DNA of 64,000 nucleotides. Origin: Escherichia coli. Lineage in GTDB: Bacteria; Pseudomonadota; Gammaproteobacteria; Enterobacterales; Enterobacteriaceae. Position 1 is the first letter of the stretch; each line of letters opens with the position of its first letter. Below, piece by piece: positions 59,800 to 64,000 of the stretch. The DNA lies in NCBI RefSeq assembly GCF_016903815.1, contig NZ_CP069974.1; one strand, 5' to 3'. The notes below the pieces were generated by a model. The model saw only the letters and a list, made by a program, of their open reading frames with translations, did no database searches and had not been told where the DNA came from. Position numbers and translations under genes: made by a program.

Positions 59800-62700
59800 T
59801 CAGCGATGTTCAAACCGCGCCACTGGAGTATCAGTGATTTCCATCTCTATTTCCCAGAGCGTTTTCATCACACCTTCAAGTGGATCGTCGCTGCTGCGGT
59901 AGAAGGTATTGAAAAGGGTTCCATCCGGATACCTGAACAGCCTGAGTTCACCAAAGGATTCAGCACTGACCATAAGCGAAAACTCCTGTTCGGAATTGAG
60001 GACAAGGTAAATAAGACAGTTATTGATCCTGAAGGGCAGAGAGCGGCTACCCCTGGCCGATACATCAACATGTATGCTAAACGCGTCATGCCTTTCCGGC
60101 TGATAGACCAGTTCCCTCAGTTCCTCGCTGAAGCGGGAACCATAGATCACCAGAATGTAGTTATTCTGATCAGCGGACCGTTGCGCGACTTCCATTAACA
60201 GCGTTTCGAGGTTATTGACCTCAATCGTTAATTTAGCCTGTGACTGCCACAGTACATAATGCAGTCTGCGGAGAATATTTCTGTTCACTTCTGATACCGA
60301 AGGGAAATCTCCGTAGTCAGTCTGATTAAGCTCTCTGGCAACATACTCTTTGGAAACACCAACAGGAATATATATCGCCAGCCAGTTGCGATCACATTCT
60401 GAATTTTGAGTAAACGTGAAGTATTTAAGCAGAACATCTTCAGACAATGCCCCAGGAAGTTCATTTGTAAGACGAGCATCAGTGTTTCTCAGTCGAGCCT
60501 GGTCTACTTCAGCAGCAACGATATCTGCCGTTTTACTACGACTGAATACATCTATGTATTTATCCAGAACATCATTAAAGAACACCACATTCGTTGCATA
60601 ATCCGCTTCTGAAATGATATAACCTTCATAGGGAACTGAAGGGTCTCGTTTCAGTCGTTTAAGAATAGAAATTATTCTGTCTTTACTGGAATAGGAAAAC
60701 ACCCCTCCAGCCAGGGCTTCATTAACACGCTGTGTAACCTGCTCCGCAGGCCTTGCGAGCTTTATAGCCAGCAAGGCAAACGCCCCGTAGAGACTCCCTA
60801 AATCTTCATATTCCCCTGTATACATACGCCCGGGAATGTAAGGCCTTTCATTATATGAGTTCATAACCTCAATGGTTTCTGATAACCCGCTGTACCAGCT
60901 TGTATTCGTATGCAGATTGCAGTGCTCAATTCTCAGTATCATGTCAATGATATCGACAGAACGTCTGAATGCAGGCGTCAGCGTGTCATGTGTATCTCTA
61001 TCTTCATATAATTCAGACATAATGAGATGATTCACAAGATCGGCTAAGTCTATATTTTTTTGCGATTCAAAATGAGCAATAAGATACCCTGCCATTAACA
61101 ACCGCAAATCGGATAAGGCATTTGCAAACATAATGGACAAAGCGGCATCTTTTTTATACTTGCTGCCCCTGAGTAACATATTCCACTGCGGTTCTGTCTC
61201 CTTCAGGGACAGATAATCCGGAGTCAGGAAGAAACTGTGCCAGCGGTACTCTTCCTCCCAGTAACGTGTAAACCGGCTCTGATTAAACCAGAGGCAGAGA
61301 ACGTCGTGAGCATATCGCACGGAAGAGGCATTATCGGCAACCACTGACGGAATAAGAAGCCTGGCGGTATTATGCAGATGATACATCAGGCGGCCAGTAG
61401 AATCTTCACTCCCGGGTTTGCCAGTGATCGTGGTCATACTCCAGCCTTCCCACAGTCCGATATACCCGCGGATAAGGGCCTGGTGAGTCAGCTCCTGGCT
61501 GGCCGAGAGGGGGCCCCCCAGTCCCGCTTTCCACTCGTTTAACACATGCCACACCCTGAAAAGCGAGAGTAAAAACTGTCTGAAATCGGTAAAACACGTG
61601 CTCTGTGTTTTTCTGTACACACGCAATGGAATGAGCATCGATTCACGGAAATATTCGCCTGAATATTCCGTTGATTTTACGGATTCACGAAAAAACTTTC
61701 TCAATTCATAATGGAATGAATCGCTGAAAGTATGGCTAAAACCTGATTCTTTTACTTCATCCAGATAATTTTTATCGACCTCGTAATTGTAACTTCTTTT
61801 GATAGAGGTATAGGTATCTGTTAATCGTTCAATCCCTGTTCTGAAGACGCTAATATTTTTATCGTTAAGCGCATCGTAAGCCTCACCAAAGAAATCAAAA
61901 GTAATATCATCCAGATCCCTTTTGTTCTCAGGGCGCCCTGTTACAATACAACGACGCAATAACCACCGCCACAATCCTGAAACAGGCTTGACATTTCTCG
62001 ATGACAATAAAGTCAGTTCACCAGAACGAACACCAAAGGAGGGCAGAATGATAATTTCCGCATCCTGCCCATCTACCGCCTCTAGCCTTCTCAGTAGGAA
62101 TAAAAAAGGCCTTATATAAATATCAGTAACAACATCACCTTTACTGATATTAGATTTAACATGAAGCATATCGTCTTTCTCAGAAATTGAGTAAGGCAGT
62201 ATTTTAATATTACCGAGGTAATTTTGACCTACATGACCCCCCGGGTAACGCAGCCACGCCTGAATATATGCTTTTTGAATGTAGTCATCCACTATCTGAG
62301 ATAAAAAAAACTTATTCATTAGTCGATCGCGTTTGCTCTCATCCAGGACATTCAGACTGGAGACGAAGAACCAGATAGACAGAATAATATTGAAAAGCAT
62401 CCACACAAAAGCTGTTACGGCAAAAGAAGTATTAAGATATCCGTCACCTATAGATAACGTCATACCGCCCAGCACGACAAATGCAGCCAGTGAAAGACCA
62501 CTCAGGCCCGCAAACATATATCCGGAATGAAGTTGATACGCGGACTGAATATGGATCCTTGCTGATTTCTTTTGAAATAAAACACTTATAAGCCCCACAA
62601 CCAGCGGAAATACAATACCGATTATAGTCAACTGGCTACCCAGTAAATTAGACATCCAATCTGAAAGCTTGGTAATGCCCTTAAAATGCTGCACAGCGAA

Positions 62701-62919
62701 AGGTAGCAATACAGGGCGAAAATATTCGACCACGCCAACAGCCCCGAAGGCTGCGGACCATAGAACCAGCATAGCCCGGACGTAATGGGTGGAGCAGGAA
62801 ACAAGTATTCTCTCCACCGGGTTCCAGCGAAGTTTTTTGTAATCCCGGTTCGACTTCAGGCTCCGTCGGAGTTCAGCTCTCACCTGCCATGAGACACTTT
62901 TCAGAAGTTTTCCAAACAT
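59800..62919 (-). CDS. Large multi-pass membrane protein (1039 aa) of unknown function, AT-rich gene
   Basis: Uninterrupted 3.1-kb ORF; ~4 hydrophobic helices in the first ~190 aa, ~850-aa soluble region without recognisable Walker, HNH or PD-(D/E)xK motifs by eye; AT-rich by eye relative to flanking backbone. Confidence 0.7.
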   Translation of the reverse strand: MFGKLLKSVSWQVRAELRRSLKSNRDYKKLRWNPVERILVSCSTHYVRAMLVLWSAAFGAVGVVEYFRPVLLPFAVQHFKGITKLSDWMSNLLGSQLTIIGIVFPLVVGLISVLFQKKSARIHIQSAYQLHSGYMFAGLSGLSLAAFVVLGGMTLSIGDGYLNTSFAVTAFVWMLFNIILSIWFFVSSLNVLDESKRDRLMNKFFLSQIVDDYIQKAYIQAWLRYPGGHVGQNYLGNIKILPYSISEKDDMLHVKSNISKGDVVTDIYIRPFLFLLRRLEAVDGQDAEIIILPSFGVRSGELTLLSSRNVKPVSGLWRWLLRRCIVTGRPENKRDLDDITFDFFGEAYDALNDKNISVFRTGIERLTDTYTSIKRSYNYEVDKNYLDEVKESGFSHTFSDSFHYELRKFFRESVKSTEYSGEYFRESMLIPLRVYRKTQSTCFTDFRQFLLSLFRVWHVLNEWKAGLGGPLSASQELTHQALIRGYIGLWEGWSMTTITGKPGSEDSTGRLMYHLHNTARLLIPSVVADNASSVRYAHDVLCLWFNQSRFTRYWEEEYRWHSFFLTPDYLSLKETEPQWNMLLRGSKYKKDAALSIMFANALSDLRLLMAGYLIAHFESQKNIDLADLVNHLIMSELYEDRDTHDTLTPAFRRSVDIIDMILRIEHCNLHTNTSWYSGLSETIEVMNSYNERPYIPGRMYTGEYEDLGSLYGAFALLAIKLARPAEQVTQRVNEALAGGVFSYSSKDRIISILKRLKRDPSVPYEGYIISEADYATNVVFFNDVLDKYIDVFSRSKTADIVAAEVDQARLRNTDARLTNELPGALSEDVLLKYFTFTQNSECDRNWLAIYIPVGVSKEYVARELNQTDYGDFPSVSEVNRNILRRLHYVLWQSQAKLTIEVNNLETLLMEVAQRSADQNNYILVIYGSRFSEELRELVYQPERHDAFSIHVDVSARGSRSLPFRINNCLIYLVLNSEQEFSLMVSAESFGELRLFRYPDGTLFNTFYRSSDDPLEGVMKTLWEIEMEITDTPVARFEHR

Positions 62920-63225
62920 AGATATCCTGCGTATTACATAAGAAATTTTATGAATAATAAGCGGTAGGAACCTTTTTTTCTCTGGAAAATGTCACCCGAT
63001 ACCCTTCATACAGGCTTTGTCATCCTAAAATCCGGTTTAACCTTTTTTCGGATCTCCGATAAAAAAGAAAGAAATAGAGATATGCATAAACATATGCCTG
63101 GCATCTACATATGCTACCGCTATACATATGCCACACATCTGCCTATACTAAACATATGCACACACCCGGTGCTTTGAATATTCCGGATATGTTTCACATA
63201 TCCATATGCTCGGGAGAGAAAGAAC

Positions 63226-63456
63226 ATGAGAACCGTATCGATATTTAAAAATGGCAACAACCGCGCCATCCGTCTGCCTCGTGATCTGGATTTTGAGGGG
63301 GTGAGCGAGCTCGAGATCGTCCGGGAAGGGGACAGCATCATCCTGCGCCCCGTCCGGCCAACCTGGGGATCATTCCTAGAGTACGAAAAAGCCGATCCAG
63401 ATTTTATGGCGGAGCGCGAGGATGTTGTCAGCGACGAAGGGCGATTTAACCTGTGA
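63226..63456 (+). CDS. vapB: VapB/VagC-type antitoxin (AbrB/SpoVT fold)
   Basis: 76 aa MRTVSIFKNGNNRAIRLPRDL...; overlaps vapC start. Confidence 0.85.
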   Translation: MRTVSIFKNGNNRAIRLPRDLDFEGVSELEIVREGDSIILRPVRPTWGSFLEYEKADPDFMAEREDVVSDEGRFNL

Positions 63457-63869
63457 ACAAGACTTATATGCTTGATACCTGTATCTGCTCGTTCATCATG
63501 CGTGAACAGCCAGAAGCCGTCCTGAAGCGTCTGGAGCAGGCGGTGCTACGCGGCCACCGTATAGTGGTCTCGGCCATCACCTACTCTGAAATGCGCTTCG
63601 GGGCTACCGGCCCAAAGGCCTCACCACGTCACGTCCAACTGGTCGATGAATTCTGCGCCCGCCTCGATGCCATCCTGCCCTGGGATCGCGCCGCAGTAGA
63701 CGCCACCACGAAGATTAAAGTGGCACTGCGGCTGGCCGGGACGCCGATCGGCCCGAACGACACGGCGATTGCCGGGCACGCCATCGCCGCCGGGGCGATA
63801 CTGGTAACGAATAATACAAGAGAATTTGAGCGAGTGCCTGACCTGGTGCTGGAAGACTGGGTGAAGTAA
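63453..63869 (+). CDS. vapC: VapC/VagD PIN-domain toxin
   Basis: 138 aa with PIN acidic residues (MLDTCI..., ...NDTAIAGHAIA...). Confidence 0.85.
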   Translation: MNKTYMLDTCICSFIMREQPEAVLKRLEQAVLRGHRIVVSAITYSEMRFGATGPKASPRHVQLVDEFCARLDAILPWDRAAVDATTKIKVALRLAGTPIGPNDTAIAGHAIAAGAILVTNNTREFERVPDLVLEDWVK

Positions 63870-64000
63870 GACACTCTTTTCAAAGTCAGGAGATAAGGGC
63901 ACCAAGAAACAGCCCGTATACGGGCTGTTTTAACAGATATCTACAGTAAGCGGTCCTAAACTGTAGGGTATCTTCGAAGATCAGACTATCAGGGAGCTAA

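Overview
This window is a segment of an F-like (IncF, RepFIA) conjugative multiresistance plasmid of Enterobacteriaceae, with most backbone genes on the minus strand. All calls are from reading the sequence and ORF track by eye and from recalled protein families; no searches were run. Layout, left to right: traX (5' part) and traI, where traI is split by a 7.2-kb IS26-bounded resistance module (IS26, two tandem truncated IS10 copies, aac(3)-II, tmrB, an intron-containing tRNA-Leu gene, a DUF3883 nuclease-like gene, IS26) with an 8-bp CTTTTTTC target duplication. Next comes a deletion-scarred tra region (traD, traU, traW remnants; traC through traM), oriT, and the leading region (orf169, hok, psiA, psiB, parB-like, ssb, ArdB/KlcA, two DNA methyltransferases). 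The leading region carries IS150 and four group II introns: three copies of one HNH-type intron, and a second intron that splits ssb in the sense orientation. Then follow the RepFIA replicon (sopABC, repE with iterons, resD, ccdAB), an AT-rich accessory island (1039-aa multi-pass membrane protein, DUF3800-like protein, HTH protein) and vapBC. The most unusual items are a tRNA-Leu(UAA) gene carrying a group I intron inside the resistance module, the intron-split ssb, and the uncharacterised AT-rich island, which is the best candidate for an undescribed system.
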